Positions 32,802 through 44,816 of a stretch of DNA of 64,000 nucleotides are shown here, piece by piece (positions within the stretch are counted from its first letter, which is position 1; the number at the start of each line of letters is the position of its first letter). The position numbers and the translations under genes were made by a program. The stretch lies in assembly GCF_009914755.1 (NCBI RefSeq), contig NC_060928.1. One strand, written 5' to 3'. The notes beneath the pieces are model-generated. The model saw only the letters and a list, made by a program, of their open reading frames with translations. It did no database searches and was not told where the DNA came from. The DNA is from the human T2T-CHM13v2.0 reference genome, Homo sapiens.

Positions 32802-33634
32802 CAAGAGGAAAACCTAGAAATTCTAATCTAATGGATAGTACTTCTATAGATAGTACTTCTAATCTAATAGATAGTATTTCTATTAGATTGGAATTTCTAG
32901 GCAAGAGGAAAACATAGAAATTCTAATCTAATAGATAGTACTTCTATTAGATTCTATTCTAATCTAATAGATAGTACTTCTATTAGATTCTATTCTAATC
33001 TAATAGATAGTACTTCTATTAGATTCTATTCTAATCTAATAGATAGTACTTCTATTAGATTCTATTCTAATCTAATAGATAGTACTTCTATTAGATTCTA
33101 TTCTAATCTAATAGATAGTACTTCTATTAGATTCTATTCTAATCTAATAGATAGTACTTCTATTAGATTCTATTCTAATCTAATAGATAGTACTTCTATT
33201 AGATTCTATTCTAATCTAATAGATAGTACTTCTATTAGATTCTATTCTAATCTAATAGATAGTACTTCTATTAGATTCTATTCTAATCTAATAGATAGTA
33301 CTTCTATTAGATTCTATTCTAATCTAATAGATAGTACTTCTATAGATAGTACTTCTAATCTAATAGATAGTATTTCTATTAGATTGGAATTTCTAGGCAA
33401 GAGGAAAACATAGAAATTCTAATCTAATAGATAGCGCTTCTATTAGATTCTATTCTAATCTAATAGTACTTCTATTAGATTCTATTCTAATCTAATAGAT
33501 AGTACTTCTATAGATAGTACTTCTAATCTAATAGTATTTCTATTAGATTAGAATTTCTAAGCAAGAGGAAAACCTAGAAATTCTAATCTAATAGATAGTA
33601 CTTCTATTAGATTAGAATTTCTAGGTTTTCCTCT
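32802..33634. repeat. Nested palindromic AT-rich minisatellite (11 perfect 36-bp units within four higher-order blocks)
   Basis: Unit TTCTAATCTAATAGATAGTACTTCTATTAGATTCTA repeated perfectly 32921-33316; block starts CAAGAGGAAAAC(C/A)TAGAAA at 32802, 32902, 33398, 33562. Confidence 0.97.
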
Positions 33635-33689
33635 CTTTCTATATAAAGACATGTATTGAACTCAAAAATGTTATATATTACAAATTATT

Positions 33690-33911
33690 TTTTTCATTCA
33701 TTCATTCACTCAGCACATATTCATTGGATGCCTACTATGTGTTGGGCTCCATGCTGTGAGTTGAAGATACAGCAGCAAATAAAACAGACAAAATTCTCTG
33801 CTCCCATGGAAGGCGGAGGGGGAAACAAATGACAAATAAGATATACAAGTAACCAATATAGTACATTAGAAGGTAAATGCTATGGAGAAATATAAAGCAG
33901 GAAAAGGGATA

Positions 33912-33951
<40 letters not shown>

Positions 33952-34430
33952 GCGTAGCTGTGGTTTCCATTTTCAAAAACTTGGTCAGCAAGGCCTCATG
34001 GAGAAGGTGACATTTAAACAAAGTGAAGTAAGTGAGGGGCCAATGTGAATATCTGAGGGAAGAGTACACTTAGCAAAGGGAAGAGTAAATGCAAAGGCCC
34101 TGGGGCAGGAGTGTGCCTGGCAGCTCTGCATAACTGCAAGGCCAGTGTGGCTGGAGCAGAGTGAGTCAAGGCTGGTAGCAGGTGATAAAGGACAGAGGTA
34201 GTGGTGTGGCAGTTGAGAAAGAAGATCCTGTAGGACCCTCTAAACCATTATAAGGACTTTGACTTTTACTCCAGGGAATCTGGAAAGCCATGGGAGGATT
34301 CCAAGCCAAGCAGTGACATGGCCCAAATGATATTTTAGCAGATTCAAGTGGCTGCTATGTTAAGAATAGACTGCAGGGTGGTGAGGGCCGAATCAGGGAA
34401 ACCAGTTAGCAGCTCCTGCATTCTAGGTGA
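33690..34430 (-). mobile_element. L2 3' region with embedded (TG)n at ~33914-33949
   Basis: TTCATTCATTCATTCA...GCCTACTATGTG..., AAATGCAAAGGCCCTGGGGCAGGAGTGTGCCTGG. Confidence 0.8.
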
Positions 34431-35159
34431 GATTACACATTAGGTACCACCAATGGCATTTGGGGTAAAATGAAGTGGGGTTGCTGCAGGGTAGAGAGCT
34501 TAGTCAGCTTACCCAGTCTGAGTAAAATCATCGACATCCATAACTAGCTCTGACAATTTACAAAAAAATTCTCATTGACCTTAGACAAATTTAGATATCA
34601 TAATTTAAAAATGACGTGCCATCTAACATTTGCCAAACTTTGTACTTGGTGCCCAGACCCACGGAACCAGCTCGGGTGGAAAGTGAGAACCCCAAGTAAA
34701 GGCTGGACATCGTCAGAGAGCTGCGTGGAGCAGTTGCTTGTGTAGAGCAATGACAAATAGGAGAGGTTGCTGGAAAAGGAAGTGGAACCAGTGCCCAGAG
34801 TTTTATCTGCTTTGTCCATAAAAGGAGATTAGATACTTCACAGAAGCCTACTCTGGGGCTTAAGTATACAGTCCACCCATTCTCTCACTGCATTGATTTA
34901 CCGTTGTCTCTTGCATTGTAAGCGTGAGTTCTTCGTGCAGTAAAATTTTTGTTTATTTCAATTGCTGAAATTCTAAAATCTATGTTGGCTATCTGCTCAT
35001 TTTAATTTTTTGCATCATATTTTATTAATCTTATGCCTTTCGGAAAGCAATTTCAGGGATCTAGTATTGCAGACAATTGGATGTAATATAGTCTCTGACT
35101 TTGATTTTCATTTTCTTGTCATGAAGAATATTTCTTATAGTTAATTAAGATATTTGGGA

Positions 35160-35570
35160 ACTGGGCGCAGTGGCTCACGTCTGTAATCCCAGCGCTCTGG
35201 GAGGCCGATGTGGGTGGATTGCTTGAGTTTAGGAGTTTGAGACCAGTCTAGGCAACACAGCGAAATCCTGTGTCTACAAAACACTTAAAAATTAGCTGGG
35301 TGTGGTGGTGTGCGCCTGTAGTCCCAGCTACTCAGAACACTGAGCAGAGGATAGCTTGAGCCCAAGAGGTCGAGGCTGCAGTGAGCCACGAAGGCACCAC
35401 GGCACCCCAGCGTGGGCAACAGAGCCAGACCCTGTCTCAGAAAACAAAACCAAAGGAAAGAAAGAAAGAATTAGGAAGAAAGCTAGGAAGGAAGGAAGGA
35501 AAAAGAAAGAGGAAGACAAAGAAAGAGAAAGAGAAAGAGAAAAAGAAAGAAAGAAAAGAAAGAAAACAAG
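35160..35570 (+). mobile_element. AluJ-like with long purine (GAAA/GGAA) tail
   Basis: Sense dimer then low-complexity GA-rich tail; AAGATATTTGGG on both flanks. Confidence 0.9.
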
Positions 35571-35599
35571 ATATTTGGGCATAACTTAACAGACTCTAT

Positions 35600-35903
35600 G
35601 TTATTATTATTATTATTTAGAGACAGTTTCTCACTCCAACACCCAGATTGGAGTGTGGTGGTGTCATCACAGCTTGCTGCAGCCTCAACCTCCAGGGCTC
35701 AAACCATCCTCCCACCTCAGCCTCCTGGGTAGCTTGAACTACAGGTGTGCAACACCACGCCCAGCTAAGTTTTTTTTTTTTGTATTTTTTTATAGAGGTT
35801 TTGTCATGTTGCCTAGGCTCATCTCCAACTCCTGGGCTCAAGTGATCAGCCCACCTCAACCTCCCAAAGTGCTGGGATTATAGGATAAGCCACCACCCCA
35901 GCC
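35600..35903 (-). mobile_element. AluJ-like with (TTA)n tail
   Basis: Antisense dimer, tail-to-tail with previous Alu. Confidence 0.9.
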
Positions 35904-38900
35904 TTCACAAACTCTTTAGATCTAACTGTTATGCCTTGGATTGACAGGGTTGGCAAATTACCTGGCGCTGGTGTTGCAATGCTGCCTCCTCCCATGCTTG
36001 AGGCAGGTGCTGCTTCTCAATCTTGCACCCTTTCCCACTGAGCATGGACTTGCCTTACAAGCCTCGTCCACTCAGGGCTCCAGAAAGTCACTATCAATCA
36101 ATGGGAACAAGCATACCCAGTGAACCACCTTACTATCCTAGGGTTCTAGCCAGTATAGTCTTATTTTTTGCCTTTATTGATGCCATTTTTTGGAAATGGA
36201 CCCACTACCTTATTATGCACATTTTGAATTTAAGTAAAAATATATAATAGCAATAGTTTGGATTCCTAACTAATATGAGCATTTAAATACCTAACTGATG
36301 GATTTAATGATGATTAATTTTGTTAAAGGTCTTCTTTCTACATCAACGAAAGATTTTAATTCTAGATGTATATATGGTTCCCATGGTTCCCTTAACTTTT
36401 TAAAAGTAAAGTGGCCTCTGTTTTCTTTCAGGCTCTGAGCTTTTCATGTGATTTAATAGCATCGATGGTTCACAATTTTCTAGAGCTCTGCAGCCATCTT
36501 AAAGCTGATATTAATGTTCCTGGCTTTTGGCAATGAATAACTAATTATGCTGCAAATAGCTAAATTAGGAAAGAGTCTATGGGAGAAGCCCTAAAAGAAT
36601 GATCCATGGCAGGATTTTGGGAAGAGCTGGAGGTGCGGAAGTTGTCCAGACAGGAAAAGTGCAGCAGCCATGATGGTCGGTGCCTTCGCATCAGGGTTTT
36701 CACTCGCTGAGCCAATGGGTCCATAGCTGATGTCAGCTAAATGCCCATGGTGGTGAAGAGCTCCACACTCCTTGTGTTCCTGGGTCATACTCCGTCAGAA
36801 GAATCAGAAGCTGAAGCAGAATCATTGGAGCATTTGGCCCTATTCTCTGCTTGCTTTTGTTATCGGTGACTTAAAGAGGGACCAACAGAACACCTTCCTG
36901 GGCCTTGAGGGAGCTCTCTGTTGCCATCACCAAGGCCCCATTGGCCCACGCTTCTACCATGGTGTGTACCAGCTCTCCTGGGAGTCACGTGGCCACATAT
37001 CAAGGGGAAGGAGCTACTTCCCTCCTAGAGCAATGGCACCTGCAGGTAAGAGCTGAGTGGTGAGCTCTTACTTCTGCACTCTGCACTGGGCCAGTATGGA
37101 TCTCCCCAACCACATTTGACAGTCTTCATCCTGCCATACCAGGTATCACCATCTGCTTCAAAGTCCCCTTTACTATTTGTTCTACAACTGCTAGAAAACC
37201 TAAGGCCAAATAGATTGATAGCAAGCTGTCCCCTAATTTCTAAGATAATGCTGTATAGATTTTAAAAAGAATTTCAACAATCCTTATTGCATACTATAGA
37301 GGGAGTTCTGTTTCCCAGAAGTTGAAAGTATGGTAAAATCCCTCCTCATCATTCTTAGGGTGCTAGCTGTCCTGGGAGCTGGAAAAGTGATGCAGAAATT
37401 GCTGCTTCTCACAAGGCCATGACCTCTCCCTAACCTAGGTAAGGGTCAAGGCAAATGGTCATTTGCCACTAAATTATAAATCTCTGAGCTGGAACTTGCT
37501 GGATGTCAATGCTTTGAGAGATATGAGGCCTGGGCCTGCATCTGGGCCCCACCCATCGACTTCCTACATCTGTATTCTGGTTAGGCACCCCGCCTGGCTG
37601 CCTACCTGTACTTAAGCCTTCCTGTACTCTGGGACTAGGGGTAAGGGTGAAGAGAGGGTAGAGGAGGTGAGCAAGTGAGGGAAAGAAAAGGTAGTGGAGT
37701 GGCAGGATGGGAGGGGGCTCTAGCCAGGATGTTCTGTAAGCAGAGCCCAGCAAATTATCTCTGTTCCCCTTGGCCTGACCCCTTTTCCCAGGAGCAGGGC
37801 CTGGCAAGCAGGGTTGTTAGGTAACAGTTTCAACCATCCTCTGGTGGGTTACATACAAAAAGCAGTTTACAGTGTCAATGAAATGAATGCTAGTGTACCT
37901 TTCTCGACCTCCTAGCACTCTGGAGGTAAATGTGTGCAGCAGGTCACTGCAGACAGGGAGAGAGAGTTCTACAACAGAGTTGAAGGTAAAAACATGAAAT
38001 AATTTGGGATATGACCCAAGTGATAACAATATGGTTTAACTGGTTTACCTGGTCTTGTAACCTAAAGAATAATTTCCATAACCCAGTTAACATTCTACTC
38101 ATTACAGTATTTATGACTGTATATTTCTTAAAAAAGAGTTGAGGCTATGCACACAAATAACTACTCAATGACAAAGAATGAGCTGAGGGCTACACAGTGG
38201 CCAGAGAGCAAGTATATTATAAAGGGCTTTGGATCTTGGAGATTCCAGCACCCACTAACCCTGTAGGCACTAACCTCTTACTTTTCTCCTTAGTCAAATG
38301 GATTTAACAATCTTTGCCCTGCAGAGTTTTTGAGCAAATTAGCAACAATATATAAGGACAGTATCTAGCACAATACCCCAAATCGACTAACTCCTCCGTA
38401 AAGAATAGCTACCACTATTGTGAGAGTTTTAAGTCAAGCTGTGAATAAAACTCTTGGGTCCACTTAAAAATACCTCCCCTGGATGTAAGCATCCAGGGAA
38501 ATCAGGGAATGCCATAAGACAGCCCTAATCTAAAAGCCTACAAGAAGCTCAGTGGGCTTCAAGGAAGACACTGCTCTTGGTACGATGAGGAAACCTGGCC
38601 CTCTATTTGCCTCCTGGGCCACAGTAATATTGATAATAGCTGCTGCTTTTAGTTGAGGACCATGTACGTCTGTGTCACTGCACTGGCCACTTTACTTACA
38701 CTTTCCTGCTTTGTCCTCACAAAGATCCTGTAAGGTGTGTATTGGTCCCATTTAGCAGGTAAGACAATGAAGACCAGAGGTCCAGCACCTTGCCTAAACC
38801 ACACCTGCTGGGATTTGGATTCAAGTCCAACCGTACAGCTCAAACGCTCAGCCACTTCCCTAAAGTCCACCCCCAGCTACATTAAGTAAAAAAATCCAGA

Positions 38901-39664
38901 AAGATGCCACCTGGGGGTCTGGAACTGCCTCCTCCGAGCACCCGGCTCTCCCCTCCCTGCGGACTCTTCTCTGGAGAGGATGTGATGCTTCTTACTTTTC
39001 TCAGATCCCTCTCCCCACCCTGCGAGTGACGTTGCGCCTCTGTGCCTGGTGGGATAGGGATCTGGGAGCTTCGCCTGTTTTTTGCACACTGCCATCCCCT
39101 AGTCTTAGGGAGCGAGCTCTGTCCCGCTTTTCACATCTCCGCGTCTTTCCTTGCACTCTACATCACCGCTGGGAATTTCCCCAGACCTGATCGGGGCATG
39201 CACACTGGGGTGTGCGTGTGCGTGTGGTGTGTGTTCCTGCGCGTGTGCCGGGCTCGCGGGGCAGGAAAAAGCGCCTAATCCAGGCTCTGCGTCACTCCCG
39301 CAATTGGTTAGAAATGGAGTTTCCTGGTGTTTAATCCCGGGAGGGCACTTCGCCTTCGTTGTTTCCCAGAGTCCCTGATTTTCCTGCCTCGCATGCCAGC
39401 GCCCCATAGGGCATCCGTGCCTCAGTTCACCTCTTGCCATCCTCCAAGGACGGGGAGAAGGGGTAAGGCGGGGGAGAGCAAGGTGGCTTGGTCGCCCCCG
39501 GCCCCCGCCCCCCATGTTGTGTGCAGTTTCCACCACGTCTGTTTCGGAGGGAGAAGAGGAGGGTGCAGATGAGGCGAGGCGCCTTCGGGAGCGCGGAGAG
39601 CGGGCAGGCAGTGCCACCTGCTGAGAGCCACTCAGGCCGAGCAAGCGGCGGGCAGTGCCACCTG

Positions 39665-39674
39665 CTATAAATAG
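39665..39674 (+). promoter_or_regulatory. MEF2 consensus site CTATAAATAG (also TATA-like), next to E-box CACCTG
   Basis: Exact match to YTA(A/T)4TAR; an isolated AT-rich word in a GC-rich island. Confidence 0.6.
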
Positions 39675-40079
39675 GCCGCCAAGGACAGGGTGTGCGACTG
39701 TACATCCCGCCACGAGGGCCTGCATCACGCGCGGGGCCCCGCGCCCCCGGCTCCCCAGGGAAACGCTGTGCCCAGATCCTGCGCAGGGGTCTGGATGGGG
39801 CGGCGGCCCGAGTACTTCCCCCCTATTCCCCCCACAGACACTGGCTGAGGATGGCCCGCGGGCTTGGGGGCGGGGGGTGGCAAGGAGGGGAGGGAGGCCG
39901 CGGCGGACCCGCAGTGCAGCAGCTGTTGCTCGCGTGTGACTCGCCCGTCCGGGCCGTGCTGCCCAGGCACAGTCACACGGCGCAGTGGGGAGGAGGAGGA
40001 CACCGAGTCCCCCTCCCAGCTCCCCGGGGACCGAGTGGGGAGATCCCGGCTCCTGTCTTCCCCTCGCCTCCAGCGCGCT

Positions 40080-40425
40080 CGCCCAGGCTGGGAGGAGGAA
40101 ACCAGAGCCGCGCGCAGACACCTCCTCCTTCTCCTCCTCTTCTTCCTCCTCCTCCTCCTCCTCCTCTTCGGCTGCTGCTCCTGGTGCCGCCACCGTCCGC
40201 CGGTGCCTGTTGCTGCCGCCGCCGCGGGACCTGCTGTGTCCTCAGCTGGGTGGAGAAGAGGCGGGCGCCGAGCCGAGGGGAGCCCCCTCCCCGTCCCCCC
40301 GCGGCGGGAAGAGCGCAGCCAGCCGGGTGCGATGGACTCCCCGCCCGCCCAGGCCGTCCCCAGGATGCCCCCAAGCACCTGCGCGTCCCGGCCCGGCCCC
40401 GGGCTCTGAGCGCGCCGCGGCACAG
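40080..40425 (+). other. TBC1D1: TBC1D1 non-coding exon 1 (5' end approximate)
   Basis: Consensus donor CAG|GTAAGG at 40425/40426 inside the CpG island, upstream of the first coding exon. Confidence 0.8.
40121..40168 (+). repeat. Imperfect (CCT/TCC)n trinucleotide tract in 5' leader
   Basis: CCTCCTCCTTCTCCTCCTCTTCTTCCTCCTCCTCCTCCTCCTCCTCTT. Confidence 0.9.
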
Positions 40426-41344
40426 GTAAGGCGCTTCCTGGGGCTTCGTCCTGGCCACCCTGCTGGCTCCTCTCGGGGCGTCGCGGCCGCCCCCTCCCGC
40501 AGCACGCCCCTGCCCCGCCTGGCCGCGGAGGGGAAGGCATCTGGCCGCCCACGGACGCGAGGCCAGGGTCTCTCGGGGGAGGAAGTTCATTGCCATCTCG
40601 TTGCCCCCCTTACCCCCCCACCCCCGCCGCCCTTGGACGAAAGCGAAACCTTAATGTTGCTAGCGACCCGAGAGCTCCGCCGGCTTCTCCCCCAACCCCC
40701 GCCAGCTCACTGGTCCGCGCATCTCTCCCCTCCCCCCTCCCGCCAATTATCCTAGCGTGTTTGCAAGGCGACCAGATTGGAAAGAGTGTGGTCAGAGTGA
40801 CCCCAAGCCACGCTTTAAAAGTTCAGGGTACTTTGCAGTAGTAACTTTGGCAGCTCCACCAGTGCGCGCAACATTTCTTTCTATGGGTACATCCTGTACC
40901 AGTCATTTTGAAACCCTGCTTCATTGTTTCTAGCCGCTTCCTGATGGCTCTGTGATTATGAGACCCCCCTCAAACTTCACCAGGCATTAAGGTTTTGTTT
41001 TTGCTTTTTTTTCAGAGAGGTATCATTTCGTTTGAAATCCACCTAGATGTGGCTTTTCCTGTTTTGATTTTACTTAACATAGCTTATTCTCTGGAAGTTG
41101 CTTTAAAAAGAAATTGAAAGTGATGGTTGTTCCTTCCACCAAACAGTTTAATTTTCAGGGTGCCTCATATTAATGGATATGTTTTCCCTTCATAGATTTC
41201 TCATTGTTTCCCTTATGATGGGATGATTTCATTTATTAATAAAATCAGACTTTGAAAGAGCATTTAAAAATGACCTGGTTTAAATAGGTCACACCCAAGA
41301 AACTCAGCTATCTGTACAAGTTCAAACTTCTAAACTTTTTCAAT

Positions 41345-41503
41345 GAGCTAGGGGTGGTGGCACCCACCTGTAGTCCCAGCTACTTGGGAGGCTGAGGCAG
41401 GAGGATCACTTGAGCCCAGGAGTTCGAGGCCATAGTGAGCTATGACTGTGCCACCTCACTGGAGCCTGGGTGACAAAGTGAGATCCCATCTCTTAAAAAA
41501 AAA
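41345..41503 (+). mobile_element. Alu monomer (FRAM/AluJ right-arm-like)
   Basis: CCTGTAGTCCCAGCTACTTGGGAGGCTGAGG...A tail. Confidence 0.85.
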
Positions 41504-42614
41504 GAGTTTAGGGGACATTTTCTGAAGTGAACACAAGTAGAGCATTCTAACACTATTGAGTGCAAGGAGACCTGGAAGGGACTAAGTGGTTCAAAGCAGG
41601 AAATAAAATCATCAGGTGATAATTAAAATAATTTCTTTCCTGTGGATTTGTCCAGCCATTTGCAAACCAGGAGAATAGGAAAAAAAATCACTAGTGTAGT
41701 TATAAATTATTACATTACGTTTTCAAAGGAAAATTTTGCAAATGCGTCTCCTTGTCATAGTCTATTGTTATCTACCCCACTGAGAGTGCTGGGGCTTCCC
41801 CTTTTCACCACGACAGCATTTCTGGTTGGGTGGCAGTCATGCAGTGTTGACCTGGTGTCCCATAAGGCACAGTTTGTCAAAACACTAGTGGGTATTAGGA
41901 GGAAACGTGCAACTCTGAAGCAACAGAGCTTGCCCCTTCTTCCTCATTATCCAGCTGGTGATAATCCCTGTCCCCCACTTCCCTAGAAGACAGCTTTGAC
42001 CAGGAAGGCTGCAATGACAATGAGATGTACCCCAATGCAGAGCCAGATGTGGGCGGGTGGCTTTTTTGTGGTCCAGATCTTCTAGGATCTTCTAGGATGT
42101 ACCCCTGGCAAGCAGTGGGGAGCCTGAATCAAGCAGCATGGCTGTTACCTCTTCTGTGTTCACAGCAGCATCTTCAGTTGTCTTGGTGCCTGGAGCAGGC
42201 ACCACAGCTGCCTGCTCTGTTGGCCACCAGCTTTCTAGAGTAGATGGTAGGGAGGAGAGCAAGGGGCTCAAGAGGATTCTGTCTTTGAACATGCTTTTAA
42301 TTTGATCTGACAGAATGGCAGCTCCCTGAAGTCCTTCCTACTCTCTCCACAGCATTTCTCTGTAGGTCCCCAGTTTTTGCTCTTTTCAGATTCCCAGAGG
42401 ACTGAAAATGTATCACGGCCCATTTGGGGACTTCCTGTATATGTGTGGGTGCCTCAGGATCATTTGTTTTGCCCTTTTCCAGTCTACCGTGCTGCCCTTC
42501 TCAAGTTTAATGACCACGTTAGTTTCAATATTTTATATATTTCTCAGCAGTTTTCATCTCTTGGTCATTAAACTTGAGAAGTAAAATCTGCTCATTAAAA
42601 TGACTGAGTCCATG

Positions 42615-43362
<748 letters not shown>

Positions 43363-44514
43363 CAGTTTTTGACATTTCTAAGCCAAAAGTTCCATTTGAT
43401 GAGGTCTTAGATGCAGGGGCAATGTGTCCCTTTTCAGATTTCAGATGTTTAGAAAAAGATGTGTCATATTTGGGCCAACTGAAAAACTCTTGATATGTAG
43501 GTTTTTATGAAGCTGTGCAGAATGTAGGAAATACATTTTAGAACCAACAAAGAGGCATTTAATTTTGAGTGTGCCTGTCTCCTTTGAGATGAGCAACAGC
43601 TATTTTTCTCTTCAAAAGACAATGCGTGTATTTATCAGCACATTTTATATAATCAGCAAATCTAAACCTCTGAATTAGGTAAGCCCTATAGGTTTGTTGC
43701 CAGAATTAGTGAATTTATACATGCAAAGTGCTTAGAACAGTGCCTGGTACACAGTGAGCACTCAATATTATTTATTGCTATTATTATGTTTATTTATTTT
43801 ATACTTTTAGAGTATAATTTTGATGTTAGGTTTGGATTGCTGAGGCCAAGCAAAATTTAGATAGACCAACCCAGCTAATCCACTAGAAAGATATTTGAGG
43901 GTTATTCCCATCTAAAGATCTATGGGATCTTTGGATATCATCTGTGAGAAACAACAGAAGTTTGTAGATAAGACAGATATAGATTCAAATGCCACCTTCA
44001 CAATTTATTAGTGAGGGAACCCTTTGGTAAAATGAGCATGACAAAACCTACTTCTCAGCTTTGTGAACGTACAGAAGATCATGAATGTAAAATGTCCATG
44101 AAGTGGTAGGTGGTCAACAGATATTGCTCTAGCAAAGTGGTTAAGAGCAAGCAAACTCTGGAGCCAAAGGGCCTGGGTTCAAATCCCGATTCTGCCACTT
44201 CTTATAGTATGGCCTTGGGCAGGTGACCTCACTTTTCTGTGCCACTATTCAATGATAATATTCCTTTATTGTCCAACGTTTTGTAAGTTAAATCAGTTAA
44301 TAAACACACTATGATAATGTGTTGGTAACTATTCTTTTTACTTTTAGCAGAATAACTTAAAGGAACACTGCAGGTAGGAGGGTTATACATAATCTCTGAG
44401 GGCCAGCTAGGACACTCGCCCATTTCCCACCCTTTTTCCTGTGCAATGAAGAGTATAAGAAGTGACAGTGCCATTCTAAAGGACTAGCCTTGAGTTGGCT
44501 CTAATTTATATGAC

Positions 44515-44816
<302 letters not shown>

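Larger units (their letters stand above)
39200..40870. promoter_or_regulatory. TBC1D1: CpG island / TBC1D1 promoter
   Basis: Abrupt rise in GC and CpG density; GC boxes (GGGGCGG), G-runs; overlaps exon 1 and its donor. Confidence 0.92.

Noticed and set aside
32921-33343. 36-bp palindromic direct repeats resembling a CRISPR array
   Set aside because: Units are head-to-tail with no unique spacers, there are no cas genes, and the context is mammalian; it is a minisatellite
35450-35575. Lys/Glu/Arg-rich ORFs
   Set aside because: Translation of the GA-rich Alu tail
39105-40193. 362-aa minus-strand ORF with poly-Glu, and other long overlapping ORFs at 39.7-40.8 kb
   Set aside because: Expected stop-codon depletion in a CpG island; poly-E is the reverse of the TCC tract; no recognisable domain
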